Positions 40,477 through 48,900 of a DNA stretch of 64,000 nt are shown piece after piece. The notes under the pieces are model-generated. The model saw only the letters and a list, made by a program, of their open reading frames with translations. It searched no databases and was not told the DNA's origin. The position numbers were made by a program, and so were the translations under genes. Numbering within the stretch: the first letter of the stretch is position 1; each line of letters begins with the position of its first letter. The DNA is from Dehalococcoidia bacterium (lineage in GTDB: Bacteria > Chloroflexota > Dehalococcoidia > Bin125). The stretch lies in contig OZ241982.1 in assembly GCA_965204335.1 (NCBI GenBank), positions 2,183,462 to 2,247,461 of the forward strand. The letters are read 5' to 3'.

Positions 40477-40722
40477 ATGCCCTTGGACAAGGCGGAAAAC
40501 GTGGCCGAGCGTAGAATCAAGGCTCGCAGCCAGGCTGCGACCGTCAACCAGCCGGTAGCCAGCTTGTCGGCTGAGCCCCAGGAATGCTCCCACTCCTGGG
40601 AGATCGACCGGCCCAAACAGCAGGTCTCGCACGGCCGCTGCTCCAAGTGCGGCGCAGAAAAAGACTTCCTCAACTACGGCGAAGAGCTGCGAATGCCGTT
40701 CGGCCGCCGCCGCCGTTCCTGA
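40477..40722 (+). CDS. small Cys/His-containing hypothetical protein
   Basis: 81 aa (CSHSW...HGRCSKCG); no SD; weak evidence. Confidence 0.3.
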   Translation: MPLDKAENVAERRIKARSQAATVNQPVASLSAEPQECSHSWEIDRPKQQVSHGRCSKCGAEKDFLNYGEELRMPFGRRRRS

Positions 40723-40746
40723 ACTTCTTCGCTCTCCCTACCAAAT

Positions 40747-40796
40747 TCTCTCCCCACGCCGTCCGGGGAGATGTCCCGTAGGGACAGAGGGGGGCG
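40747..40796 (+). repeat. GC-rich double-hairpin extragenic repeat, copy 2 (divergent variant)
   Basis: CTCTCCCCACGCCGTCCGGGGAG AT GTCCCGTAGGGAC AGAGGGGGG; hairpin 2 uses GTCCC/GGGAC instead of TGCC/GGCA, a compensatory change. Confidence 0.8.
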
Positions 40797-40800
40797 CCCC

Positions 40801-41826
40801 CTACGGCGCCGGCGCCGTCACTTCCACTCGCACCGCGATGATCCGCTCCCTGCCATAGAAGGCAATCTGCTCGAAAGCCGCCGGACTGAGCTGAAGATCC
40901 GTATTGGACGACTCGGACCCTCGAACGACCACCATCGCTACTGACCCCACCACCTGGTCCTGCTCTTCGTCGCTCAGCACCGTGGCGCCGGGCAGCCGCG
41001 TCAATCTCAACGTCGTGCCCACCGGCCAACGCGACGTGAACACGGTGGCCGGCTCGCTGGGATCGTAGTCCGCGCCGTCGGCGAGCGAGCGTGGAATTCC
41101 GGCCGGTACCGGCTCCGCCGTCGCCCGCTCGGCCACGATTTCCGCGCCTCCGACCTGCGCAGGGGTGACCTGTTGGTCCGAAACCGTCGGCTCGATCGAT
41201 GAGATGGCCACGGTGCTCGGCTGAGCCTGAGTTGCGTCCTCTGCCGGAGTCGCGGATTCCGTGGAGTCTGCCCCGTCCGGGGCTGCGCCGTCGCCTTCGG
41301 ATTGCTGTTGTTCCTCGGCAGCCACTGCGGTTGACTGTTCGGCAGCGCTCGAATCCTCGGCCTGAGCTTCTCCGGCGGCAGGGGTTGGCGCGGAGCCCTC
41401 ACCCGACCCATCATCCTCGACCGCCTCCACGGTCTCTTCAACGTCGGCCGCCGGCGCATCGTCCTCTTCGATCAACAGGGTGACGCCGAAGTACACCCCA
41501 ACCCCGATGCCCCCCACGATCGCAAGCGTCAGCAACGCGCCGATCGTCCGCCGGAATCTGGGGCCCAACGGGGGCCGCTCGTTCGGCAGGCGCAGGCGCT
41601 GGTTGCTGTATTGCCTGAATTCGTTGGCGCCTCGAACCCGGATCTGCGGACTGGAGAAGTCGCGGGCTCCACGCGGCTCCATTGAGTGACGACTCATACA
41701 GGCAGAGTATGACATCACCCGGAGTCCGCGGTAACGGCGAATCGCCGTCCGGCCGGGTCGCGCCGACAGGTCGGTAGGATGGAGACATGGCCGACAACAT
41801 GGCGACCAGGCACATTCGCTGCCCAA
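40801..41826 (-). CDS. membrane-anchored RlpA-like (double-psi beta-barrel) protein with an acidic low-complexity linker
   Basis: Single TM (TIGALLTLAIVGGIGVGVYFGVTLLI), an Asp/Glu/Ala/Ser-rich linker, and a C-terminal RlpA/expansin-like pattern (FTSRWPVGTTLRLTRL...VVVRGSESSNTDLQLSPAAFEQIA); start codon uncertain. Confidence 0.5.
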   Translation of the reverse strand: MGSECAWSPCCRPCLHPTDLSARPGRTAIRRYRGLRVMSYSACMSRHSMEPRGARDFSSPQIRVRGANEFRQYSNQRLRLPNERPPLGPRFRRTIGALLTLAIVGGIGVGVYFGVTLLIEEDDAPAADVEETVEAVEDDGSGEGSAPTPAAGEAQAEDSSAAEQSTAVAAEEQQQSEGDGAAPDGADSTESATPAEDATQAQPSTVAISSIEPTVSDQQVTPAQVGGAEIVAERATAEPVPAGIPRSLADGADYDPSEPATVFTSRWPVGTTLRLTRLPGATVLSDEEQDQVVGSVAMVVVRGSESSNTDLQLSPAAFEQIAFYGRERIIAVRVEVTAPAP

Positions 41827-42161
41827 ACTGTTCCCGGAAGCTGGACGTCGGGATTCCCCCCGAGACCGGGCGTACGCGCAGAGTCGTCACACGCTGCGCC
41901 GACTGCAATCACGACCTGGTCGTCTCGCGCGGACAGAAGGAAGACGAGCCGCTGCGGATCAGGGCTTGCATGCGCTGGGACGTGACCTGTCCGTACTGCA
42001 AGCAACCGACGGTCGCGCGAGTCCCGCCCAAGGGCGTGCTCCGGCGCAAGGAAACGGCTCCCTGCCGACACTGTCGCAAACCGCTCATCGTCGAGCGCCG
42101 CGAAGAGGGTCAACTTGTCCTCCGCGCCCACCGGGGCATCCTCGAAGGAACGCTGCTATAG
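41787..42161 (+). CDS. double zinc-ribbon protein (4 CxxC pairs)
   Basis: CPNC...CADC...CPYC...CRHC. Confidence 0.55.
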   Translation: MADNMATRHIRCPNCSRKLDVGIPPETGRTRRVVTRCADCNHDLVVSRGQKEDEPLRIRACMRWDVTCPYCKQPTVARVPPKGVLRRKETAPCRHCRKPLIVERREEGQLVLRAHRGILEGTLL

Positions 42162-42334
42162 GACGCGCGCCGCAGCCGTTTATCCGCAATTGATGTAACC
42201 GCTGCTACGGAAGCGGGTCTGCTGGTCATCATCGCGCCGACGGCTAGTGACCAACCCGCCTCCCCCGACTAAAGTGCAGGAATACCAATTCCCGGCCCCG
42301 GTCTCCGCCTGAGGGCCTCAGAAAGAGCGGGAAA

Positions 42335-43492
42335 ATGAGCGACTACGACCAGCGCGCCATCGAGATGCATCGTGAATGGGGCGGCAAGGTCGACTACGCG
42401 TCGAAGGTCACCGTCGAAAACCACGACGACCTGTCTGTTGTCTACACACCCGGCGTCGCGGCCCCCTGTCTCGAGATTGCGCGCGACCCCGCGCTCGCCC
42501 GGGTGATGACCGGCGTTGGCAATCTGGTCGCGGTGATCACCGACGGCTCCGCCGTGCTCGGACTTGGCGATATCGGTCCGCAGGCTGCACTGCCGGTGAT
42601 GGAAGGCAAGTGCGTCCTCTTCCGCAACTTCGCCGGCGTCGACGCGATTCCCATCGCGCTGGCCGTCCGCGAGGTCGACGACATCGTCGCCTCGATCGAG
42701 GCGATCGCCCCCTCGCTGGGCGGGATCAACCTGGAGGACATCTCCGCGCCGCGCTGCTTCGAAATCGAGCAACGCTTGCACGACTCGCTCGATATCCCGG
42801 TCATGCACGACGATCAGCACGGCACGGCCGTGGTGGCGCTCGCCGGTGTGATCAACGCACTGCGCCTCACCAATCGCGACTTCAAGGACATTCGCACGGT
42901 CATCCTCGGAGCCGGCGCCAGCGGCATCGCCTGCGGCGCCATTCTGCGCGAGATGGGCTGCGAGGACATCGCACTGATCGACTCCAAGGGCCTGCTGACC
43001 ACCGACCGCGAAGACCTCAACCCCTGGAAACGCGTCGCGGCCCAGTGGTGCGAGCATCGCAACAATCCCGACGGCAGCATTCCGCAGACCTCACAGGTGA
43101 TGCGCGGCACCGACCTCTTCCTCGGCCTCGCCGGTCCGGGACTCGTGACCGTCTCCGACGTCGCCTCCATGAACGACGACTCGATGGTTTTCGCCATGGC
43201 CAATCCCACCCCGGAAATCATGCCCGATGAGGCAGCCGAAGCGGGCGCCGCCATCGTGGCGACCGGCCGCTCGGATTTCCCGAATCAGATCAACAACGCG
43301 CTCGGGTTCCCGGGCATGTTCCGCGGTCTGCTCGATGGCGGCATCCCCAAGATCGAGGATGAGCACAAGATTGCCGCGGCCCAGGCCATCGCCGACTTCG
43401 TCGAAGAGCCGACGCCCGACCGCATCGTGCCGAGCATCTTCGAGGAAGGCCTCGCCTACAAGGTCGCCGACGCCGTCCAGGCCGCCGGCTAG
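42335..43492 (+). CDS. NAD(P)-dependent malic enzyme (small bacterial/archaeal type)
   Basis: 385 aa; malic enzyme motifs VVYTPGVA, VITDGSAVLGLGDIG, GAGASGIA. Confidence 0.9.
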   Translation: MSDYDQRAIEMHREWGGKVDYASKVTVENHDDLSVVYTPGVAAPCLEIARDPALARVMTGVGNLVAVITDGSAVLGLGDIGPQAALPVMEGKCVLFRNFAGVDAIPIALAVREVDDIVASIEAIAPSLGGINLEDISAPRCFEIEQRLHDSLDIPVMHDDQHGTAVVALAGVINALRLTNRDFKDIRTVILGAGASGIACGAILREMGCEDIALIDSKGLLTTDREDLNPWKRVAAQWCEHRNNPDGSIPQTSQVMRGTDLFLGLAGPGLVTVSDVASMNDDSMVFAMANPTPEIMPDEAAEAGAAIVATGRSDFPNQINNALGFPGMFRGLLDGGIPKIEDEHKIAAAQAIADFVEEPTPDRIVPSIFEEGLAYKVADAVQAAG

Positions 43493-43506
43493 CTCCCCGA
43501 TTCTCC

Positions 43507-43551
43507 CTCTCCCCCCGCTTTGCGGGGGGAGATGCCGAAGGCAGAGGGGGG
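43507..43551 (+). repeat. GC-rich double-hairpin extragenic repeat, copy 3
   Basis: CTCTCCCCCCGC-TTT-GCGGGGGGAG AT GCCGAAGGC AGAGGGGGG, 15 nt after the malic-enzyme stop. Confidence 0.85.
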
Positions 43552-43615
43552 CTTCCACCACAGGACGGAAGCTGTCCTACGCTCAAGCCTGCTCCGGGAG
43601 AGAGCCAATCTTCCT

Positions 43616-43636
43616 CCCTCTCCCTTAGGGAGAGGG
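43616..43636. terminator. 9-bp perfect hairpin (CCCTCTCCC-TTA-GGGAGAGGG) in a convergent gap
   Basis: Read directly; an additional AGGAC...GTCCT hairpin lies at 43562..43579; no U-tract. Confidence 0.35.
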
Positions 43637-43652
43637 CTGGGGTGAGGGTCGC

Positions 43653-44567
43653 TCAAGCAGACGGCTTGGGATGCCCGTACACATCCAACGCCTGCGCCAG
43701 GGCCGCCCTCGCGCCCAGCAGCGGCGCATACCCCAGCGTCACGCGCGCCCTGGAGTCGTCAATCAAATGGGGCCGACCCGTCACTGAGGTGTACGCGTCG
43801 ACGTCCTCCGGCTCCGGCAACACCCATCCGGACAGACGCATCGCGTCCAGCCCGCGGGCGAAGAGGTACGGGGCATTCCAGAACCGCGCCTCCACGCCTC
43901 GCAGCTGGCACGCCTCCAGCGCAAGTTCCCGCCAGGTCGTATGCGCCGACGCGACGTGAAACACCTGGTCGACCGACTCCTCCGTCTGGCTCAGCATCGC
44001 CCACACGGCGCGTCCCAGGTCGGCGGCTGCGAGAATCGATACCGGCGCCTCGCCGCCCGCGACCAACGCCGCGCGTGGGCGAGAGATGAAGTGTCGAATC
44101 ACGTTCATCACGGTGCCGCCGCCGTCACTGATCAGCGGCGCCGGTCTCAGGATCGCGAGCGGAACGCGTCTGCGGTACGTGCGCGCCACGCGCTCGGCCG
44201 CAACCCGGCTCTGGAGCGCCGGACCAATCGGCCGGGGGACCCAGCTCTCGGTCACGGGCCACGGAGGAAGCCGCCGACCGTAGGTCTCGGTCGTCGAGAC
44301 GAAGACCACCTGCTCCAGTGTCTGCTGACGGCATGCGTCAAGCAGGGACGTCGTGGCGTGGACATTGGCCTCCGTGTAGGCAGAACCAGAGTGCCCCCGA
44401 TCGGTCAATGACGACGCGTGAACGACGTGAGTCGCCTCGGCGACCACCCCTTGCAGCCCATCTTCTGCGTCGATGTCGAGCATGATCAAATCGAGATCAT
44501 GCCGCTGCAACTCGCTCGCAATCGCCGAGCCGACCGGTTGATCGTATCCGGTCAGTGCGACTCGCAT
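43653..44567 (-). CDS. NAD-dependent epimerase/dehydratase family protein
   Basis: Rossmann N-terminus MRVALTGY...; SDR-extended fold features. Confidence 0.75.
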   Translation of the reverse strand: MRVALTGYDQPVGSAIASELQRHDLDLIMLDIDAEDGLQGVVAEATHVVHASSLTDRGHSGSAYTEANVHATTSLLDACRQQTLEQVVFVSTTETYGRRLPPWPVTESWVPRPIGPALQSRVAAERVARTYRRRVPLAILRPAPLISDGGGTVMNVIRHFISRPRAALVAGGEAPVSILAAADLGRAVWAMLSQTEESVDQVFHVASAHTTWRELALEACQLRGVEARFWNAPYLFARGLDAMRLSGWVLPEPEDVDAYTSVTGRPHLIDDSRARVTLGYAPLLGARAALAQALDVYGHPKPSA

Positions 44568-44658
44568 GGTTGACATAGCCCGATTCCTTGGTCGGAACAG
44601 CCGCTGCTAGCATCGCCGTTGCACAAAGAGCGTACGTCCTGGGATCAGGGGGAGTCGG

Positions 44659-45441
44659 ATGCCCACGCTGCAACGACCGAACTGCGACATCTTCTACGAA
44701 GAGGCCGGAAGCGGACCCGCAATCATCTTCGCGCACGGAGCCGGCGGCAATCACCTCTCCTGGTGGCAACAGGTCCCGGTCTTTGCCCGCTCCTACCGTT
44801 GTGTCGCGTTCGATCACAGAGGCTGGGGCCGCAGCATTCCCAGCGGAGGTCCGGGACGCGCCGCCTTCGTCGACGATCTGCTCGCCTTGATGAACGAGCT
44901 GCGCATCGATCGCGCCGCTCTGGTCGCGCAATCAATGGGCGGCTGGACTTGCCTCGGAGCCGCGATCCAGGCGCCCGAGCGTGTCTCGGCATTGGTCATG
45001 GCCGACACGATGGGTGGACTGATGACCGAGGAGATCCGCGGCCTGTGGGAAGAGACGCGGCGCCTCGTCGAAGCCCAGGGACTCGGCTCGCTCGCCTATG
45101 ACCAGAGCCTCAGGGAGCGCGATCCCGCGCTCGCATTCCTCTACGACGAAATCATGGCGATGAACCCGCCGCGCGACCCCAATCTGATCGACTCGATGAA
45201 CGAACTCGCCCCCGATCCCGACGCAGTCGCCAATCTCTCGATGCCGGTGCTCTGGGTGGTCGGCGGCAACGATCCGCTGACCTCGCCGGCAATCATCCGC
45301 GCCGCCCACGCGCACGTGCCTGGCTCGCAGTACTACGAGATTCCGGCCACCGGACACAGCGTGTACTTCGAGCGGGCTGAAGAGTTCAACGGCCAGCTGA
45401 ACCGCTTTCTGATCGACGCCGGCTGGGGCGCCGGCGTCTAG
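44659..45441 (+). CDS. alpha/beta hydrolase
   Basis: IIFAHGAGGNHLSWW ... AQSMGGW nucleophile elbow. Confidence 0.85.
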   Translation: MPTLQRPNCDIFYEEAGSGPAIIFAHGAGGNHLSWWQQVPVFARSYRCVAFDHRGWGRSIPSGGPGRAAFVDDLLALMNELRIDRAALVAQSMGGWTCLGAAIQAPERVSALVMADTMGGLMTEEIRGLWEETRRLVEAQGLGSLAYDQSLRERDPALAFLYDEIMAMNPPRDPNLIDSMNELAPDPDAVANLSMPVLWVVGGNDPLTSPAIIRAAHAHVPGSQYYEIPATGHSVYFERAEEFNGQLNRFLIDAGWGAGV

Positions 45442-46826
45442 CCGAACGGCGACCAGGTCAGGCTCAGCGCCTGCTCCAGCGCCTGCTGCTCGTACTGCAA
45501 CGACGGGTCCCAGAGCATGAAACCGACACCGCCGGCCGCGGCGGTCGCCGCGATCTGCGCGTGAACCTGCTGGGAGTAGTACGGCAATCCTCGCGCCTGG
45601 TAGTCGTGGAAGTCCTGCAGCCACGGGCGGACCAGCGCCGAGCCCGGCTCCTCAATCAGGTTCACCGTCGCCTCGACGTTCTGGTGCACGACGGGACCCG
45701 GATGCTCGGGCGGATAGGCGTACCCAAACGAACCGGAGGTCCAGCCGCTCGGGTAGACCATCGGCGAGATGTAATCGAGGTATGGCGCCAGTCCTTCGAT
45801 TGACTGACCGATCCCCTGATCGTTACCGGCCGTCGAGACGACGCCGAACGTATCGAACGACACTGCCAGTCCGGCCAGGTGCAGCGCTTCGCTCGCCTCC
45901 CTGGCAAAGCCGGTGATCGCGGCCACGCGATCGGCCTCCGTATTTTCGAATCGTTCCCGCAGTCCGTTCTCATAGGGCAGGCGGACGTAGTCGTACTGGA
46001 TCTCTTCGACGTAGCCGGCTGCGGCGAGTCCGATATCGATGTTGTATCGGCGCGCGTCAGGCGAGTAGGCGGACGACCAGGACGACCCCATGCCGTCGAT
46101 GAACAGGCCACCGCCGAGACTGTGCAGTGCGTTGTCGGGGAACCATCTGGGATACGTCCCATCGAGGAACGTCACCACCCGGCCGATTCGATAGACCCCT
46201 TTGTTCTCAAGCTCTTCGAGGAACTCGGCGACAGACTCGCCATCGCGGACTGCATTGATCTGCTCGGTTGTCGGAGTCGACGCGATTGAAAACACCTGAC
46301 CCGACTCGTCTTTCAGGTCGACCACCACGGCGTTGATCAGGTTCCGGTCGACCAGGCCATGCGCCCAACGCTGCACGGCCGGCTTGCTGACCTCGCTAAA
46401 GGGGATGTAGATCGCGCGCACGACGAGGCTGCGCAAGACGATCACCGTCCGGTCGTAGTAGATCGGCCGCCTCACCGTGTCGTAGCCGGGCTGCACGATC
46501 GATAGCGAGCCGGTTCGCTGTTCCGCGGAAAACTCAAACCGGCCGCTCGTGTCGGTCCGCACCAGCGCGCTGCCGGTGGAGACACGCGCCTCCGACGCGG
46601 GACGCAGTCGTCCACGGTCCCAGACGTAGACCCGGCCGCTGAGGTTCTTGGAGAAAGCCGCCGAGGTGATGGCGGTCGATTCGTCGGTGCTGATCTCTTC
46701 CTCGCCCGGTTCTTCGGCGTTGACGACGTGAAACGCCGAACCGGCCGCAACGATGGTCAGGATGACCCCGATGACGAGGAGGAATCTGAGAAGTCGGGCT
46801 GTCCGCAGTCCATCTTGAGAAAACAC
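45438..46826 (-). CDS. signal-anchored putative glycoside-hydrolase-like TIM-barrel protein (DUF4015/GHL-type)
   Basis: N-terminal TM/signal sequence plus a large extracytoplasmic domain; assignment from weak family resemblance only. Confidence 0.5.
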   Translation of the reverse strand: MFSQDGLRTARLLRFLLVIGVILTIVAAGSAFHVVNAEEPGEEEISTDESTAITSAAFSKNLSGRVYVWDRGRLRPASEARVSTGSALVRTDTSGRFEFSAEQRTGSLSIVQPGYDTVRRPIYYDRTVIVLRSLVVRAIYIPFSEVSKPAVQRWAHGLVDRNLINAVVVDLKDESGQVFSIASTPTTEQINAVRDGESVAEFLEELENKGVYRIGRVVTFLDGTYPRWFPDNALHSLGGGLFIDGMGSSWSSAYSPDARRYNIDIGLAAAGYVEEIQYDYVRLPYENGLRERFENTEADRVAAITGFAREASEALHLAGLAVSFDTFGVVSTAGNDQGIGQSIEGLAPYLDYISPMVYPSGWTSGSFGYAYPPEHPGPVVHQNVEATVNLIEEPGSALVRPWLQDFHDYQARGLPYYSQQVHAQIAATAAAGGVGFMLWDPSLQYEQQALEQALSLTWSPFG

Positions 46827-46899
46827 CCTGTGTGCCTAACCTCAACAGATCGCACCCATTCCGCCATCAACATTGTACACATAACCATTTGACCATTTT

Positions 46900-46937
46900 T
46901 TTCACACTCTCCACAGAAGGTGCACGTTTCTGTGAAA
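46900..46937. promoter_or_regulatory. AT-rich promoter island with a 7-bp inverted repeat TTTCACA-N24-TGTGAAA upstream of the minus-strand gene 45438..46826
   Basis: Locally low GC (46860..46950) in an otherwise GC-rich window; perfect inverted-repeat half-sites. Confidence 0.35.
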
Positions 46938-46963
46938 TTCGCGGATAGCTGCGACTTCAGGCG

Positions 46964-47320
46964 CTAGGGCGCCTCACCTCTTCGCTCCTCGACCGCAATC
47001 TTGAGATTGCGCAGCCCCTGATCCGCAGCGGCCTCGATCGGCCGGATTCCGCGCCCAAAGAGGAACACATTGCTGAGCCGCCAGCGCCAGCCGAGCGGCC
47101 GGATTCGATCGCTGATGACGCAACCATCGCCGCGCCGCTCGATCTGATAGGCGTGCTGAACTCGAAATCCGATGCCCATCTTGACCTCGATCAGCAGCTC
47201 CCGCCCGCTCGATTCCGACAGCACCGTCGCCTGTCCCTCGTCCACGCCCAGTTGGGCTTCGGCTCGCAACAGCTCCCAGACGCGATGTGGCGAAGCGAAG
47301 ATTTCGACCGGTTCAAGCAT
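46964..47320 (-). CDS. SRPBCC (START/polyketide-cyclase-like) family protein
   Basis: 118 aa; weak fold-level resemblance. Confidence 0.5.
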   Translation of the reverse strand: MLEPVEIFASPHRVWELLRAEAQLGVDEGQATVLSESSGRELLIEVKMGIGFRVQHAYQIERRGDGCVISDRIRPLGWRWRLSNVFLFGRGIRPIEAAADQGLRNLKIAVEERRGEAP

Positions 47321-47930
47321 CGTCGGACAACTCTTCGATCAGCGCTCGCACCTGTCCGAGATCGGCACAGTGAAGCACCGATTCCGGATAGTCCAGGTTT
47401 CGATTCCGAGGCCACTCCACCAGGACGCTCCTGACTCCGCTTCTGGCCAACAGCGCGACGGTGGCGGCGTCATCGTCGATGTGCAGCGTCGCGCCTTCTG
47501 TTCTCAGGTACGCCTCCTTGTATCGAGCCGTGTTCAGCGCCGAAGCGTTCATCACCAGCTCGTCGATCAGCTCTGCAAAGCCGTGCTCAGTCAGCCACGC
47601 CTCGGTTTGTCGTCGACCGCGCTCATGTCGCCCCGTCAGCACGATCACGCGTCCCCGCTCGGACGCAGAGCGCACCGCGTCCAGCGCGTCGGGACGCGGT
47701 GGACGGAGCAGGTAGCGCACCTGGTACCAGGTCGCGGTGAGCAACCGACCGAGCGTGGTGCGTTCGCCTGTTGGAGGTTGGTCGATCTCCGCTGCCGGCT
47801 GCAGGGACACATTGCGATTGATTGCCGGATTCCAACCGAACGGCGGCTCGGCCAACACGCCGTCGAGATCGAACGACCACTGCGCCGACATCGGTTCCTT
47901 CAACGAGCGCTGATCGTCACGCCCAACCAT
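47313..47930 (-). CDS. HAD-superfamily hydrolase
   Basis: Motif I WSFDLDGVL; overlaps both neighbours, so operonic. Confidence 0.6.
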   Translation of the reverse strand: MVGRDDQRSLKEPMSAQWSFDLDGVLAEPPFGWNPAINRNVSLQPAAEIDQPPTGERTTLGRLLTATWYQVRYLLRPPRPDALDAVRSASERGRVIVLTGRHERGRRQTEAWLTEHGFAELIDELVMNASALNTARYKEAYLRTEGATLHIDDDAATVALLARSGVRSVLVEWPRNRNLDYPESVLHCADLGQVRALIEELSDDA

Positions 47931-48894
47931 GGTCGACGTACCAGGCCATCGTTTCCCGCATGCCGTCTTCGAGCGTCGTCACCGGCGACCAGCCGGTATC
48001 CCGTCTCAACGAAGACGCGTCGCAAATCCAGGCGTTCTGTCGCATTTCGACCACGCGCGTCCGGTCGAGAATCGGCTCGGATCGTGTCAGGGCCGCCCAG
48101 GCCTCGGAGCAGCGCGCGAATCCATGGAACACAGCCGGCGCAATCGTCGGGATCCAGAGTCGCTGACCTGCGACCGCTTCCAGCGTTCCCAGTAACTCGT
48201 TCCAGGTGAACGGTCCGTCCTCGCTTCGGATGTGGTACCTGACCACTTCACGCGGCTCCGCCCGCAGGATGGCGCCCACGGCGTCGGCCAGGTCGGGTCC
48301 GTAGATCGTGTCGACGAGATTTGAGCCGTCGCCCAGGCGCGCCGAAATCCGGCGTCGCGCCAGCCAGAAGAAGGCTTGCAGTCCGGTGTCCCCGGGCCCG
48401 TAGATCATCGGCGGTCGCAGGATCGTGATGCTCATCCGACCGGTCTGCTCGAGCAGTTCAGCTTCGCCGGCGGCTTTCGAGCGCCCGTAGGCCGACACGG
48501 GATGGAGCGCTGTGTCCGGCGATTCCGGTTTGCGGTCGGGCGCCGGTCCTTGTGCGGCGATCGACGAGATCTGGACGAAGCGCTCAACGCCGGCCGCCGC
48601 CGCCGCCTCGGCCAGATTGGCGGTACCCTCCTGATTCGTTCGCATGAAGTTCCGCTGCCGCACTGCGCGCAGCACCGCTGCGGCATGGACAACGACGTCG
48701 ACGCCGTCGCAGGCCGACGCCAGGGTTTGCGGTTCCCGCAGGTCGCCGATGATCGGCTCGTAGTCCACGCCGTCGACAAACGACGTGTCGCTCGTCGTCC
48801 TCACCAACAGTCGCAAATCGTGTCCCTGGGCGACCAGCGCGTGCGCCAGGTGTCCGCCTACGAATCCGCTGCCGCCGGTGAGGAGGATTCGCAT
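47917..48894 (-). CDS. NAD-dependent epimerase/dehydratase family oxidoreductase
   Basis: MRILLTGGSGFVGGHL Rossmann motif. Confidence 0.85.
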   Translation of the reverse strand: MRILLTGGSGFVGGHLAHALVAQGHDLRLLVRTTSDTSFVDGVDYEPIIGDLREPQTLASACDGVDVVVHAAAVLRAVRQRNFMRTNQEGTANLAEAAAAAGVERFVQISSIAAQGPAPDRKPESPDTALHPVSAYGRSKAAGEAELLEQTGRMSITILRPPMIYGPGDTGLQAFFWLARRRISARLGDGSNLVDTIYGPDLADAVGAILRAEPREVVRYHIRSEDGPFTWNELLGTLEAVAGQRLWIPTIAPAVFHGFARCSEAWAALTRSEPILDRTRVVEMRQNAWICDASSLRRDTGWSPVTTLEDGMRETMAWYVDHGWA

Positions 48895-48900
48895 GGCTGC

